Shown: piece after piece, positions 13,611 to 27,907 of the stretch | Position numbering within the stretch: the first letter of the stretch is position 1 | Layout: every line of letters begins with the position of its first letter | Assembly (NCBI GenBank): GCA_951406725.2 | Contig: OX597815.1 | Coordinates: forward strand, 85,622,001 to 85,686,000 | Source of the DNA: Octopus vulgaris | Lineage: Eukaryota | Reading direction: 5' to 3' | Length of the DNA: 64,000 nt | Notes under the pieces: model-generated | Seen by the model: the letters and a program-made list of their open reading frames with translations, nothing else | What the model was told of the DNA's origin: nothing | Database searches by the model: none | Made by a program: the position numbers and the translations under genes

Positions 13611-13773
<163 letters not shown>

Positions 13774-14055
13774 TATTTACCTATCTGTATTTGTATATAC
13801 AAATATACAAGTGTACGCACATAGACATTTGCATAATACATAAGATATATTCGTACAAAGATATAAACATATATCTGCACAACTTTTGTATTGCTACGTA
13901 AAGTTTTGGGAGACTTCTTAAATCTATATCAATTTAAATGATTGACAGTGTAACTACTTGTTAAAATATGGCTGTACGTATGTTTATTTGAATGTATGTG
14001 CATATATATATTCATTGATAAACACGTATGCATATATACATATATATATATATAC

Positions 14056-14339
14056 TGTTGTAGAGTGAACTAACACCTACGCACGTGAATGTCAGTGGAC
14101 TGGACGAGTCTTATAAATATATGAGCCAGTAGACAGTTGAGGTCGAATCGTGAGAGCGTTAGTTTCGTTATAGATTCTGCGTTGGAGTATTGGATTATTG
14201 TGCGAATGGTTATATTAAGATAACCAACTCTTGTTACATTGCTTATTGTTATACGGTTATAGTTGGTATTGTGATATATTGTTATACACACACGACGCAT
14301 CATATATCGTCACTGACGATGTAACGTATCGATATAACA
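14056..14339 (+). mobile_element. candidate solo LTR (284 bp)
   Basis: TGTTGTA...TATAACA termini (TG..CA, imperfect terminal IR), internal TATAAATA at ~14113; no clear TSD. Confidence 0.4.
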
Positions 14340-15898
14340 GATAATCATGCTGATAGAAACGCATTAGCACCCACACATGAACACACACACACACAATGAT
14401 ACAGATACACGTCTCTCATGCGCTCTGATAAAATCACATGACGCTCATAGCAAAAAGAAGCCATACAAACATATGTGTATAATAGGAGTAGGATAATAAT
14501 TGTCCTGTTGTGGTTAACTAAAATATACTGCTTAAATGGTCAAACGATAGAGCTTGTATACTAAAAATAATCAATTTTCATTAAATCACACTCGACTGTA
14601 TAACATAAAGAAAAACGCATTGGGCTCTGTAGTCCTTTATATACTAATTGAGGTAACAGCTACGACTAGAAGAGCTTCTTTACAGGATCAGTGTTTTCAG
14701 GATCAGTGTTGATTATTGAACAACACCACCATTATACGCAATACGCTGTTCTGAACAATATTTCACGAGCCACAGAGCGAAAACTTTTCATGCTCACTGA
14801 ACTTGCAAAACATTTTCAACCAAAATAATTAGAGAGGAGTAAAATATGCTATAAATCCGGGTGTTAAGAGCATCACTGAAGGTGCTGACCGAATATTCAG
14901 TACATTTAAACTAGAGCAATGAAAACAGAAGAAACCGACAGAACCAACAGAATAATGGAAATCTAGAATATCTGGACAATGAGTAGCCAATTAACAAAAT
15001 ATTGGTTATAGTGAATTTATAAATATTTTGTAAATAAGGGATAAGGGTGTCCAAAACGAGCAAGTGGTGCAAAATGAGTAATTTCTGATTCACTGTTATT
15101 TTCCCCATTTTCGTTTTAAACCATTATGTTGCAAGTAATACATTATCCTTTTGTGCTGTTGTATCGTTTTTAGGAATAAAAATTGGTCAACATAATTGTT
15201 CTTGTCGCATTTCTAACCTTTCTGATGTCTAGGGAGGGATATTGTTGCGTATGAGTTTTTTTCAAACTTAAGGGACAAGTTTATTTTATTTTGTCTTACT
15301 TATTTTGCCCCACATAAATTTGTCTTTTGTATACTCAAAGAGTACAGAGATAATTTTTCGAAGTATCATTCTGAATGTGTTATGTTTTTAAGGCATTTAG
15401 AAAAGGTGATATTGTTTTTGTAAGATTGTGAAAGTTTGTAAAATATATACTTTTTCTCGAAGTCAAGAATGCAGCAAATATCATTCATTGTGCCTGCCAC
15501 CTACTTTAGCTGCTGTTTAAAAAATCTAGTGGCTGTTTGATGCAATAAAGTGTATTATGAAAACAGGTGTAGACACTGAAATTAGACATTATCAACACAT
15601 AAACATGATGCACTGATATTTTCAAGTCGGAAACGGTTGAAGCGCCGAGTTTTCTCGATGGAAGGATTATTGATGGAAGGTAAATTCTGCAGTAGTAAAC
15701 CATATCTATAAAAAGGCGAAGTACGAGGTTTATTGGTGAGTGTGAGATAGATAGAGCGAAAGGAAGAAACCTGTGAGATGAAAAGCAAAATCATGTTAGT
15801 GAGGAAGAAGGACTAGGGGAGATATAAGTATAAAAAAAAGGAGAAAGAGAAAACAAAGCAGAGAATAGACGATAGGGTCATTTAGTTGATTAGAATCA

Positions 15899-16227
15899 GT
15901 TTCCAAAGGTGAATTATTCAAACCCCAAAGAATCCCTCTCAACACATGGCTATGATGCTCCCCCACTACTTCTGCTCGTGATCAGAGATGCACATATCGT
16001 CAGCCACTAAGGGACATGCTCAACTGGTTAATGTCAAACAACTGACAAGCAAATCTGTGGTATTGAGCAGAATATTTGCTGTAGCCCATCTTTTATACCA
16101 AGACAAAACAATGTACATGATAACATTTGCAATCAGTTAAGATCAGAAGCCATGAGAGCCACTGCCTGGTACTGCATCAGGGCATTTTATGGTTCAGCAT
16201 CAGGGCATTTGGTACTGCATCAGGGCA

Positions 16228-16229
<2 letters not shown>
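15899..16229 (+). mobile_element. 5'-truncated copy of a 555-bp (ATT)n-associated non-coding retroelement
   Basis: Near-identical to 43145-43431. The terminal ~20-mer (GGTACTGCATCAGGGCATTT) is present three times, one copy diverged, before (ATT)n. Confidence 0.85.
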
Positions 16230-16317
<88 letters not shown>

Positions 16318-16322
<5 letters not shown>

Positions 16323-16366
16323 TTACTGCCGGGAATCTAACTCGGAATCTTGGGGTTAGTAGCTCG

Positions 16367-16437
<71 letters not shown>

Positions 16438-16612
16438 TATCGAAAAATACCTTAGGAATGAGAACCCAGGTTCGAAATTTCCCCAAGACACCTGATGAAG
16501 GCTGGAGGGTATATCAGCCGAAACGTTGTGTTAACAACAAACGAGGACAAATATCCGTCAATTGTAAATAATGTAAATAATGTACATAGTCCTTGATCTC
16601 TTAAATATAGAA
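16318..16612. mobile_element. tRNA-like head (inverted) + (AAT)n + hammerhead body
   Basis: Minus 16368-16318 has a tRNA T-arm CCGAG-TTAGATT-CCCGG, then CCTG(AAT)n. Plus strand repeats CCTG(AAT)n from 16368, then a body with GGTTCGAAATT and a hammerhead. Confidence 0.6.
16488..16531 (+). ncRNA. type I minimal hammerhead ribozyme
   Basis: acac CTGATGA a ggctg gagggtatat cagcc GAAA cg TT gtgt. 5-bp stem II, AACGTT palindrome, GUU site. Confidence 0.85.
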
Positions 16613-16729
16613 TTATAGAAAAAACTTTAGGCAGAGATTTACCTTACAAACAAAACACTGTAAATCATAGAGCTTCACAGCTTCTGCTCCTGTAATATTG
16701 CCCAGAATGATTTAGGTGGAGGGGCACTC

Positions 16730-19579
16730 AAATCAAATTGATACTATAATTTCAGCCGAAATTCCTGATTCTGCCATTGATCGGACATTTTATGACATCG
16801 TGGCATCTCATATAGTTCATGGCCCTTGATAGTTCTTTACTAGCCATTTCTGTGAAAGACTTTCGACGCTAACATCAATGTAAAGTATTGCAACTCCTTG
16901 AAGAGTAAAACGTATGTATGCAAATATATAAATAAAGGCAGTGATGCTGCTTCTTTCGCCATTCAAGAAAACACTAACAACGAAGTTAAACAATACCAAT
17001 TAGGGAGACATATAAAGCAGTAATGAGGCCTTCTGGCGCAGTTTTGGATTCCCAACTCACGAAAGGCACTCAGCCATTAAACAACTTTCTGTGTATTTAG
17101 AAAATGGTCAAAGGGTTTACTTCACTGCTGAGACAGCTGCAAATCAAGTTTCAAATCCGAAGGATACCACTTTCACAGCCTTTTCAAATTTTTGTCGGGG
17201 GTGAGGGTGGCAATTTTGCAAAAACATTGCTATATCATGAGGTTCCTTTTTATTACACATGGAGTAATAATAAATGGTATAAACGCAAAATAAATACAAA
17301 ATTTCAATGTCATTCTACGATTAAGTTTGGTACAACAATTGGTAGAGTACATCCTAACGAAAATGAACACTTTCATCTTGGAATGCTTCTTCATATAAAA
17401 AGAGGGCCAACTTCATGGGAAAATTTGAAAGAAGTTGGTGGTGAGATTTGCAGAGTATATTGAGAAGCGCTTTTGAAGTTAGGCTTGCTTGCAAACGATC
17501 AGCAATGGGAAGCAACACTGGAAGAAGCTTCAATATAAAAAACACCAGAGCGTTTAAAAGATCCTTTTGGTATTATTCTCAAAAATTGTGAAGCAAGTAA
17601 TCCTGTTGAACTGTAGAATAAGTTCAGAAATGATCTTGCCGAAGAGTTCAAGGACTAAGTTCAGTTGAGTAATCTTGTGCAAGATATTGGTTTCACTGAT
17701 GCTATATATAATGTGGCTTTGATTGAAATATAAATCAAATTATTTCGATGGGGGGTGAACCTATAGAAAATTTAGGTCTCCCACTAACTAATAGAGGGGA
17801 TCTTAACAGTCGTCCACTAAAATAATATGGGAAATTTCTGATCATATGGAGGAACTGACCACGTACATAAAGGATAATCTTCCCAAGTTTCTACCTGATC
17901 AACGTCGTGCATATTCTAGTGTCATAGAAAGTATTAACAACACATGAGGACTTTATTTCTAAGGTGCTCTGGAAAAACATTTATAATTACACTCCTCCTG
18001 GTTAAAGATCGTCAAGAAAAAAATGACTTTAGCTACTGCTACTTCTTGGATTGCAGCAATATTACTACCCGGAGGTTGGACTGCCCATTCAACATTCAAG
18101 CTACCTTTAGATTTATCTAACAAAGAAGATTCAGTTTGTAATATATCTAAGAGTTCTGGAATGGTTGAACTAATACAAGGATATCTCTTAATTGTCTGGG
18201 ACAAATGTGCCATGGCCCACAAAAAGGCTTTTGAAGCTGTAGACAGAACATTACGAGACATTAGAAATTGTAATTCCATGATGGGAAAAGTCACAGTATT
18301 ATTGTCAGTAAACTTCCGACAAACGTTACCAGTTGTTCCAAGAGGAACAAAAGTGGATGAGCTCAATGCTTCAATAAAGTCTTCTGTATTATGGTACTAT
18401 GTGAAAACGCTTCAACTTTCGACAAATATGAGATCGTGGTTTCAAGAGATCATTCAGCTGAACTATTTGCAGAGCAGCTTTTGGAATTCGGTGAAGGAAA
18501 GTTGCAATTGACGAACAATTTCTTAGACTCAGTCCAATATGTAATTCAACTGATTCCGTCGATGATTTGGTGGCTGAAATCTTTCTGTTTCTTCTTCATA
18601 ATTAGAACAATACAGCTATCCTGGCTCCTAAACATGTTGCTGTAAATAGAATTAATAATACGCTATTGTAAATAGCATTAATAATATGCTATTGAATAAA
18701 CTTCCGGGAGAAGTATTCACTTATAATTCAGTTGAGAGTGTTGTTGATGAGCAGGATAATGTTAACTACCCTGCCGAAGTTTTGAACTCACTACAACCAT
18801 CAGGTACAGCTCCTTATTATCTTTAGCTGAAAAAAGGGACTCCAATTGTGCTATTGTGTAATTTATCTCGACCAAAATTATGCAATGGTACAATATTAAT
18901 TGTGCACAGACTTATGAGGAACTGCATCGAGGCAAATATTCTCACTGGTTGTGGCAAAGGTGAGACCGTTTTCATTCCTCGCATGCCAGTTATATCATTT
19001 AATGTCCCACTCCAGTTTAAGCGGTTACAGTTTCCTGTCTGAGTTTCTTTTGCCATGAGCATTAATAAAAGTCAGGGTTAAACACTAAAAGTTACTGGAT
19101 AACAAATTGAAGAACCATGTTTTTCACATGGCCAACGTAATGTGAGGGCATCATGTGTAGGAGCAAAAGCGAATACTGTTGCTTATGCACACCGAAATAA
19201 AAAAAAACAAAAAAAAAACGTTGTTTATAAAGAAATATTCACTCTTAATGCAACATGAATGCTTCAGTAACTTAATTTGCCATTACTATCATTGTATTCA
19301 AGAATGAGAAAATTACCAATTTAAATGAAGTGCATTATGTAATTGCCATTAGTGTACTGATAAATAAAATGACACTTACAACTCACTTATTATTGTCATA
19401 TAATAAACAAAGAGATGTTCGTGTACGAAATTGATCTTTTTCTACTTCAATTATTACGTTTTTCTTTTGTAAAATACACACATACATGAGGAGTAAATAT
19501 ATGCATAATAATACTATGAATGTGGCTCCCGAGAAAGAGTAAAAGTAATTACCCGACGAACCACGGGTATTACTGCTTG
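16730..19579 (+). mobile_element. decayed Helitron (Rep + PIF1 helicase) with 3' hairpin
   Basis: Fragments ISAEIPD, IVHGP, LENGQRVYF, ATSWIAAILLPGGWTAHSTFKLP, NFRQTLPVVPRG, LCNGT, RLQFPV*VSFAMSINKSQG, CFSHGQ, NVVYKEI, with many stops and frameshifts. Hairpin GTAATTACCCG..CGGGTATTAC at 19545-19573, then CTTG|T (decayed CTAG|T). Confidence 0.9.
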
Positions 19580-20390
19580 TACTAAATAAAATACATAAAA
19601 CTTGAACACAGTCATGTACTTTATGAAACGCACACACACATACACACATGCACACATATACCCAAACAGGTTCATATGGCTATATATGTACACACGTTAT
19701 TTGTGTGCATGATTTGCATACACACACACACACATTCCCCCCACACACAAATGCAATCTTTACCTTATTTACAAGAAACATAAGATTAATATCATACATA
19801 TTGCTAACACAAAATTTATCTAATTTCAAATGCCCACTGCAATATTTGCTTCAGTGAATCAGGCACACGATAATACATCGTTCGTCATTTGTCATTTGTC
19901 ATTAACTGACACTGGAGGTAGGCCACATCTTGCTGAACATATTAATTTTTACTTTCTTCGCTCATAGCACCATGCAATTCGGGATTTAAAGGTCTTTTGG
20001 GAAATTTATGCATTGTAGGCTTTTGAGAAGAATTTACGAGCTGTTATAATGCATTGATTTATAGAAAAGCCTAAGCAGGCTGCAGATGAGATGTTGTTAC
20101 TGAACTTCACTCAACTGGAATTGTTATATAATTTACTTAGTGAAGTGATATTATGTTATATTTTCTAAGGCGGCCATTGTGTCCAAACAGCGATGGTTCA
20201 TTAGCATGGATTAGAGCAGTACGGTTACTGTTTGCTTGGTTTCAATTACAACATCATTTATATCGATGTAATCAAGGGGATTTACTTCATATTTATTTCA
20301 CTTGTCCACGATCAAAATTATAAAAAAGAGACTGAAAGAAAGAAATGTTCTATTTTGCTTAAGTGACATAGCTTCACTTTTCCCTTTCGA

Positions 20391-20445
<55 letters not shown>

Positions 20446-21880
20446 TACGGTATATTCTGTTAAGAACGTAGTAGAGTTCAGTATAAAGCTCATTCACCTG
20501 TACATTCACCCTATGTTATCCAGTTGTAGTATTATACGTACTTCCAGGTTTGCGTTTGGGCTTCCGTCGTGAGTGAATAGATAACTGAAAAAATTTGGAC
20601 TCAACAAAAAGGAGTACGGTTGGACATTTATTTTTAATCACTACAATTGTTTCTACGCTATGTAATTCTCCAGGTGTGCAAGACTTGATTATGCCACAAG
20701 TTCCCTACATTATGAGATCTAGTTGTGTTTCCGCAGGCAATATGTAAATTATTGTCCCCATAAGTTCAAATTCTCAGCTTCAAGAGCATCCTTTCTGTTT
20801 GTCATGGCCTAAAGTTAGTAGTATCCACTGAGTTTATCAAGGTGTGTTGTTGCTGAAGGACCATTGGCAAACTGCTTGGAATGTGTGATGTAATGGGATG
20901 GTTGGTTACACATGCAAATTGCTGAAGTTTTTATATTATACTTGAGTCTACAATATCTTGATTCTTGAATCAGTGATTTTTAATTAAAGCGCGACATGTG
21001 CTGATGTAGCTTCCCTCACTTAACCACTGTGACCCACCATTCGTTTCTCCTCCGCCCATTCTTTACCTTCTGCAGTCCGTATCTGCTAATACCATACTTT
21101 TCCATAGTAACTGCTTGCTGATTGTGTTACTTTCACTCGTCACGTTGCTCTACGCTCAGTCCGTCTTCCACAGATCGTCAGAATTTCCTTTATGCCTGTA
21201 GCTTTCTTATGACTTTCAAATTTCAGCTATTGAAAAGAAACATTAACCATGTCGATCAGACATCCTTTTTCTCCTGACCAAATGAAAAAGAAAACATATT
21301 TCATTTAGCTTTCTTTAATGGTAAAGCTAAAAGTCATATATCAAAAATTGATGATTCGCAGGTTTGTGATGATAGTGCTTTGAAAATTAATTTCCTTTAA
21401 TATAGTTATCGATTTTTTCTCCCTAGCTCATTTTTTCAGTGTTATGGACAGCTCGTCGTCATTGTACAATTTTCCATTGAATGAATTAAATATGTACATG
21501 AACACATGCATATATGTATATATGTGAGTATATGAATATTTTAACGTTGCAAGAATGGTTCTGATTAAAAGTTTGAACTACTTTTGAGATAACATTAAAC
21601 TATTCCAGTTAACTTCATTGGAAGTATTCGAGAGAAGCAGAAGAAGGAAACAAATTGAACTAATCAATGCAAATACATAAAAAAAAAGAAAAAGAAAAAT
21701 TGTAGTTGACTTTATTGACGAAATGTTTCTACAAATAGGGTAGAATATATGAATAACATTTTGTATTCTTACTCTGAAATATCCTATGCAATTTCATCGC
21801 AGTGAGCCACCAGATGTATTGTATGCTGAAGAAATACTGCAGTAAATTTTCACTGAATCAGCACCGTTAAATAGAAAATG

Positions 21881-22518
21881 CGCATTGTTGAGAGTATGGA
21901 TGATGCAATCACTGTTGGACAGGCACTTGTTTATGCGCCCTTAAATATGGTTTCTGATTACAAATATCTTGGGTCATACATATCATCATCTGGAAAAGAC
22001 TTTCTAACTAGAAAGGGTATGTATGGCCTGGTCAGCCTGTAATGACATGCATAAGATCTGGTCATCAAATCTAAGTAGAGACTTCAAACTTGAAATCTTC
22101 AAAGCCACAGTCGAACCAATTCTACTATATGGCTCAGAAACCTGGACGTTATTAAAGAAGCTTGAGAGGCGGTTGGGTGGAACCTACACTCGCCTCCTTA
22201 TGAGAGCTCAAAATCTCTCGTGGAAGCGCCATCCAACCAAAATGCAAATATATGGGAAACTACCACCTGTGTCATCTCTTGTGAAAGGTAAGAGAGTCCA
22301 GTTTGCTGGACGTTGTTGTAGAGCTGAAAAAGAGGTGATTTCTACTCTTTTCCTCTACTCGCAATACCAGAGGGCGCACACTCTCCTACCCTGATGTAAT
22401 CTCCAGGGATTACAGGCATCCAGCAACTGGACCTCCGTAATGCCATGATGGACCGGGAAGTCTGGCGTAGCATGGTAAATTCCATTGTCTCGACCACGGT
22501 CGAACAATGATGATGATG
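21881..22518 (+). mobile_element. 5'-truncated, 5'-inverted RTE-type LINE with 12-bp TSD
   Basis: DYKYLGSYI...ATVEPILLYGSETWTL RT C-terminal region, (TGA)n tail, TSD AAATAGAAAATG at 21869-21880 and 22519-22530. Confidence 0.85.
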
Positions 22519-23897
22519 AAATAGAAAATGAAAGATTCGTTTAATCTTTATTCACAGTGACAAAATAGATGGTAAGTTATTACTATAGATATTTCACAGA
22601 CAATTAAACTTTATCTACAACATATTTACTGGAAATAAAACTGACTAGCATTCATAACCAGGAGGAAATTCATATACGAATTTTAGTAACTACTACCCAT
22701 TCGCAGACTTTCACACTGATATCCGTACACACACATATACAAACACAAAGACACACAGTCACATAAACGTACGCACAGGCACGAATGTATGTATGCATTT
22801 CAGTAAAAATGTAAAACAAGGTACCCATTACATAAACATAGGGTTCCTGTTTATTAAAGATCGGTTTATGATTAACTTCACTGATACTCAGAATGTCGCG
22901 TACAGGCGCTCGATCAAACACTCTTGAATAAACTGAATTGTGTAAAGCAATGTATTAAAAAAAACTACATTTAGGGCTATTCTCATTGGACGAAGTTGAT
23001 CACGTGGCTTTTAGTGTTATAGAGACGGAAATTGATATTGCTGGTACTGCTAAATGCAAATATCTTTACGAGTTGATACTTCTGGCATCTGCACCAATTC
23101 AGGTTGAAGGATTAGAAGAATTTCCCATCTTTGACCTAATTCGTTTGAAAACCCAAGAATCACTGATTTGCGAATATCCAATACCAAGGAACATTGTGGA
23201 CAGAGATATCACATTGTAGATCGTATAACAGCTACTGATATCGCTCAACAGAAGATTAGAATCGTTATTCATTTGCTATCATCAATCCGACCTATCCTAA
23301 CCAGGCGATTCACTTTATTGTAGTTGTTTGGCTACCCTGACAATCGCACATCAGATCTGCGTACATTTCCTTACGATGAATCAACTAAAACCAAAAACTG
23401 CTGCAACACCAATATTGTTTGTCAAGCCTTCAACACTAACAATCAACGTACGTGCTTCGACCAATGAGAGTTGATGTAGTCGGTTTCCCGTTAATACAAC
23501 TCTTCTCCCCAGAGTTCAGATCGCCATGAATTGCCGAACACATACGTGATACTCTGAGTAACAATGTTGTGAGTCATACATACATACATACATACATACA
23601 TACATACATACATACATACATACATACATACACATACATACATATATATATTTATATATATATATAATATCAGGGTAATAAAGATTTTAGAAATGTTTAC
23701 TACCAGTGGCCTAGCGTATAGAAAAATTAGTCAATAGACTATATATTATTCATATAAAATACAGTGTACATTAAAAAACATTAAGAGGCTTCCATCATAG
23801 GAATCATTTACGCTAGAAAGAACAGCTAAAGTCCAAACCACTAATTAGGGATAAATTCTCGAAGGGAATGAAAAATAAAAACATTTACCATCTCTTA

Positions 23898-23975
23898 CCT
23901 GGACCATGGTTTCTGACTTTCTGACTTATTTTAGTAAATAAAAATTATTTACCAGGCGAAGTCTTCATCAGCAGG
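23898..23975 (-). ncRNA. type I hammerhead ribozyme with extended stem II
   Basis: Minus strand: cctg CTGATGA a gactt...(gtaaataa/ttatttac hairpin)...aagtc a GAAA ccatgg TC cagg. GUC site. Confidence 0.85.
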
Positions 23976-24006
23976 GACGCCATAGATTAAATATATAAAA
24001 AACGAA

Positions 24007-24161
24007 GCCAATCCAGCATGTGTCTCATTGCTTATGCATTTTAATTTTTTTCAAATCCACTGCGTAAGCATCGTTGTGCTACCGACAAAAAAGTCTGCGC
24101 CTGCGCAGTGGATTTGAAAAAAATTAAAATGTATAAGCAATAAGACACATGCTGGATTGGC
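24007..24161. repeat. ~58-bp-arm palindrome at the pLTR inversion junction
   Basis: GCCAATCCAGCATGTGTC...CAAATCCACTGCG versus CGCAGTGGATTTG...GACACATGCTGGATTGGC. Confidence 0.9.
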
Positions 24162-27100
24162 CTAACCCACAACACACCTAACCCACAAGCACAATTCTTC
24201 CCAACCCAAACCAAATTCACCCAACTACAACCAAAGAAAAACCACACCGAACCACAACACAAATATTCCCCAAATTTTCTCTCACAATAGCAACTACAGC
24301 AGATCCCTCCTCAACAAACTCGCCATCAAAAATGACCCTACAGAACCACACAGAATAGACCGACAACAAATATCAACCACACTCAAATTTACATTCATTT
24401 TTTAGTACAAAGACAGGAATACCAGGACACACATTGGCCCCCTACACAAGAAACCAAGGTAATTAACCTTTCAAAAATACTATCAACTAACACTCAAATA
24501 GAAATTCTAAGTAAGGGACTCAAGTTTACACCCACACCAAAAAGACAAACTTCCCCGAACTGAAAAATGATATTGCAGAATCTCAGGGTGACCGAATATT
24601 CCACCAACAATTCTAATGATAAGGGCGAATCATTAGCTAGAAACAAAAGCAACTTTTGTACAAATAAAGAGTTCAATAAAGCACTGGACTCCAACTGTGG
24701 ATACATTATGACCCCCCCCTTGAAAAAGTTGAAGATAAAACATTAAATCAAACTTTACAAAGCATGAATAGAAGAATATATTCGATTTACAAGAAAATAT
24801 GGATATAACTATGAATGAAACCAATAAAGGGAGTACTGTCGTCATCATGGACACAAATTACTATAAAGACTTATCACTCACAATGCCAGAGGACAACAAC
24901 TATTATGAAAAAGCAACCCACTACAAAAAATAAAAAATAATGGAAAACCTCACAACACTTCTAAAGAAGTATAACAAAGGCTTAACCAGCAAAGAGATTG
25001 ACTAATTATGACACTTCAAATGCAAAACGAGCCTAAAATCCATAAATGCAAAAGAATAAGAGAAGCTTGTAAATCCTCAAGACACTCACCAATCTGAACT
25101 TCCAACATGCATAGAAAAATAATTTATCATTCATAGGCTCAGATTCGTATTTGGAAACAACTTTTCTTACCTTCAACGGATCGGATTACCGCCAAACATC
25201 AGGAATGGCGATGGGTACGAAAGTGGGCCCCACATACGCCAACTTAGTCATGGGATTCCACGAACAAAAAAACTACAACCAATCTCTTTTAAAATTTGGT
25301 GACACGTTCCGTACACAACTCAGAAACAATTGGAAAAGATACCTGGATGATTGCTTTATTTTATGGCAGGAAAATATTGACAAGTTAACTGAATTCAAAA
25401 ACATGTTAAATAACCTCTGCAATAACTTCCAATTCACAATGGAGTTTAATTCAAAAGAACTTGCATTTCTGGATATTCTGATCAAAAACCAAGATGGGAA
25501 AATAGAAATGGATATATTCTACAAACCCACCGACTCCAAACAGTAACTTCTTTTTACATCATGTCATCCTCAACACACCAAACTCAACATTCTCTTGAAC
25601 CTGGAAAACTCAAGCTTTGTAGATGATAAGTAATTGTTGAGGTATGAATTATTTCATAATTCTGAAAAGAAAAGCTATTTTTTGTGAAGCAGTTTCCGTA
25701 CGCTGAGAATGTTTTCGATCTGGGAGATCCTCTATTATCACGAGAGTTCTGTCATTTGAAATTTTAGAAACTTCTTTAAGCCTACATTTTAGAAGATTAG
25801 TTGCTCACTTTGACTGACAGTTCTCCTATCAAAACATTATGCTTCTTTTGGAAAAATCTTCGCTGGTGTTAAAGAGCATCCTTCATAGTATCTTTCACTG
25901 TTATCGTCTGTATTGCACTCTACGCCCTAATTTTAATCAAACTCTGATTACAGAAGGTTGCAGAAGGGATATAAACATTATAATAGGAACGTCACCACAT
26001 TATAATAGGAACGTCATCTTGCAATTTAAAATCAGAATAAGATTCTCCCAAGTAACTCCTAAGTTTGAAACGATGATCATTGTGATGGTTTTAGGAATCT
26101 CTGAACACCACAGACATACCGACTTCAACGTTTTCTTTTCTCTACTTCTTTCTTTGTCGTAGATATTTTAGGAGGATCCCCAAGACATATCTTTGTCACC
26201 AAGTTTCATTCCAAAATCAGTAAGATATATTTTTCCACAAAAATAGCGAGGCTTTTCTAATGGTTTTGTAAATTGCATTCGCTACTGACTGTATTTGAAT
26301 TATTTAAGCAGCTTCTTTATGATTAACTTATATGAATCTATAAAATAGATATTACTATATTAATGATAATATTGTATTAGAAATTAGACAGGATAAAAAC
26401 CATGTAAAAGGATAAATTTATTATTATTGCAACCGTCAACTACTGTGAATCGTAATGGTGTAAAATTAATACTTAAAGGTTATATCTCGAAAGTTAGCGT
26501 TAATTCGACAAAAATAATGTGACTTTTAGATTCAGTACATACAAAATTCGTTTAAACTTTACACTCACACAAAAATGGAATTTATGATCAAGCAGTATAA
26601 CATATAGTTCGTAATAAAACGTATGTCAATTGAATAATATAATTTACCTATTTTATACTCTAACATAATATACACAATGTAATTGACGTATCATACATTC
26701 ATGAAATAATCTATTACTAAAACTCGATTTATTTATTATAGGAAAAAAAAGCGAGAGTTGTTTATATTGCTTGAAATGGCGAGCATAATATTCCACCCAC
26801 ACTTCACTGCCTCATAAAAATAGAAAGGATACGCTTTGGATAATGTAATCGTTCACGAAGGGAATGTCTTTAGCCATAGATCTTGTCGGTAAGAGTCGAC
26901 CTGGTGCCGTACAATACTACTGGCTCTTTACCATCTGATATAAAATACAACCAAACGCCGATGCAATGGACAGCTTCAGACTTATATTTCCTGTATCTTC
27001 TTTATCGCATGATATACACACTCAAGCTAAAGTCTTCATAAAAGATACAATGACAGCATCAGCTGCAGCTGTTTTAAGTAGATGTTTGTTGAAGTCATGT

Positions 27101-27836
27101 TATAAATATCCAAGAATTCCTTGTTGATGTCTAGAAGACGTCACAAACAGATAAAGAAACAACAACTGGATTTATATTGTTTCACTGTTTGTTTTTTTCC
27201 CCATTACAAAATTTCTAAGCTTCTTTTTCTCTCTCTGTCTCTCACTATCCGGTGTCATAGTTATCAATCATTCAGTCTCTCTCTCTCTATCTATCTATAT
27301 ATCTATCTATTTATCTTTGTATCTTTAAATGTTTTTTTATTTATTCATCTATAAAGCTGTTTTGTCATTAATGAATAGAAAACTAATTTTTATATTTGTT
27401 TAGTGTCTATGCGTATATATAAAATACATAATGTAAGTGAAAGAGTTTACACGTTCTCGCGCAAGTGTTCGTCTGTTCGCTTAAATACAATCTTTTGTTA
27501 TTAATGAAAATAAGTTACAAGAATGATATATAGTCTGAATAAAATATCATATATATATGTATATGACTCAATGGTCTGCATCATTTCAACCGATGAGTGA
27601 TCACCATAGATGCTATGTTGAAAGAGTATTAATTATTCCTATAATGTTGTGAATAGAGCGCAAAACCAGTGTAGTTGATTACACCTACGCTTCCAATTTA
27701 CGTGTATTTATTGAACGACATTACACAGTAGCAGTATTGCATATTTCTCAATAGCTTTGACAGATAATCAGATAAAATAGGGAGATAAATGGTAAGAGAA
27801 AGCTATCTAGATAGGTAGTTAGGTAGAGAGAGACGG

Positions 27837-27907
<71 letters not shown>

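Larger units (their letters stand above)
23666..25610 (+). mobile_element. decayed Penelope-like element with inverted upstream pLTR
   Basis: VINLSK..ILSKGLKFTPTP (from 24459), NKGSTVVIMD, YRQTSGMAMGTKVGPTYANL, WKRYLDDCF, LAFLDI, FYKPTD, SCHPQHTK. Upstream 23666-24070 carries a minus-strand hammerhead and begins at (TA)n. Confidence 0.85.

Noticed and set aside
14306-14370. CTGACGA...GAAA hammerhead-like pair
   Set aside because: CTGACGA is part of a local palindrome (ATCGTCA-C-TGACGAT), and stems I and II do not form.
20445-21310. Possible old mariner-like remnant
   Set aside because: No readable catalytic motif or paired TIRs.
22986-23219. 77-aa non-repetitive ORF as a possible host exon
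   Set aside because: Non-ATG start, no recognisable domain, no convincing splice context.
25610-26600. Possible old DNA transposon end
   Set aside because: Only vague resemblance; no motif I can cite.
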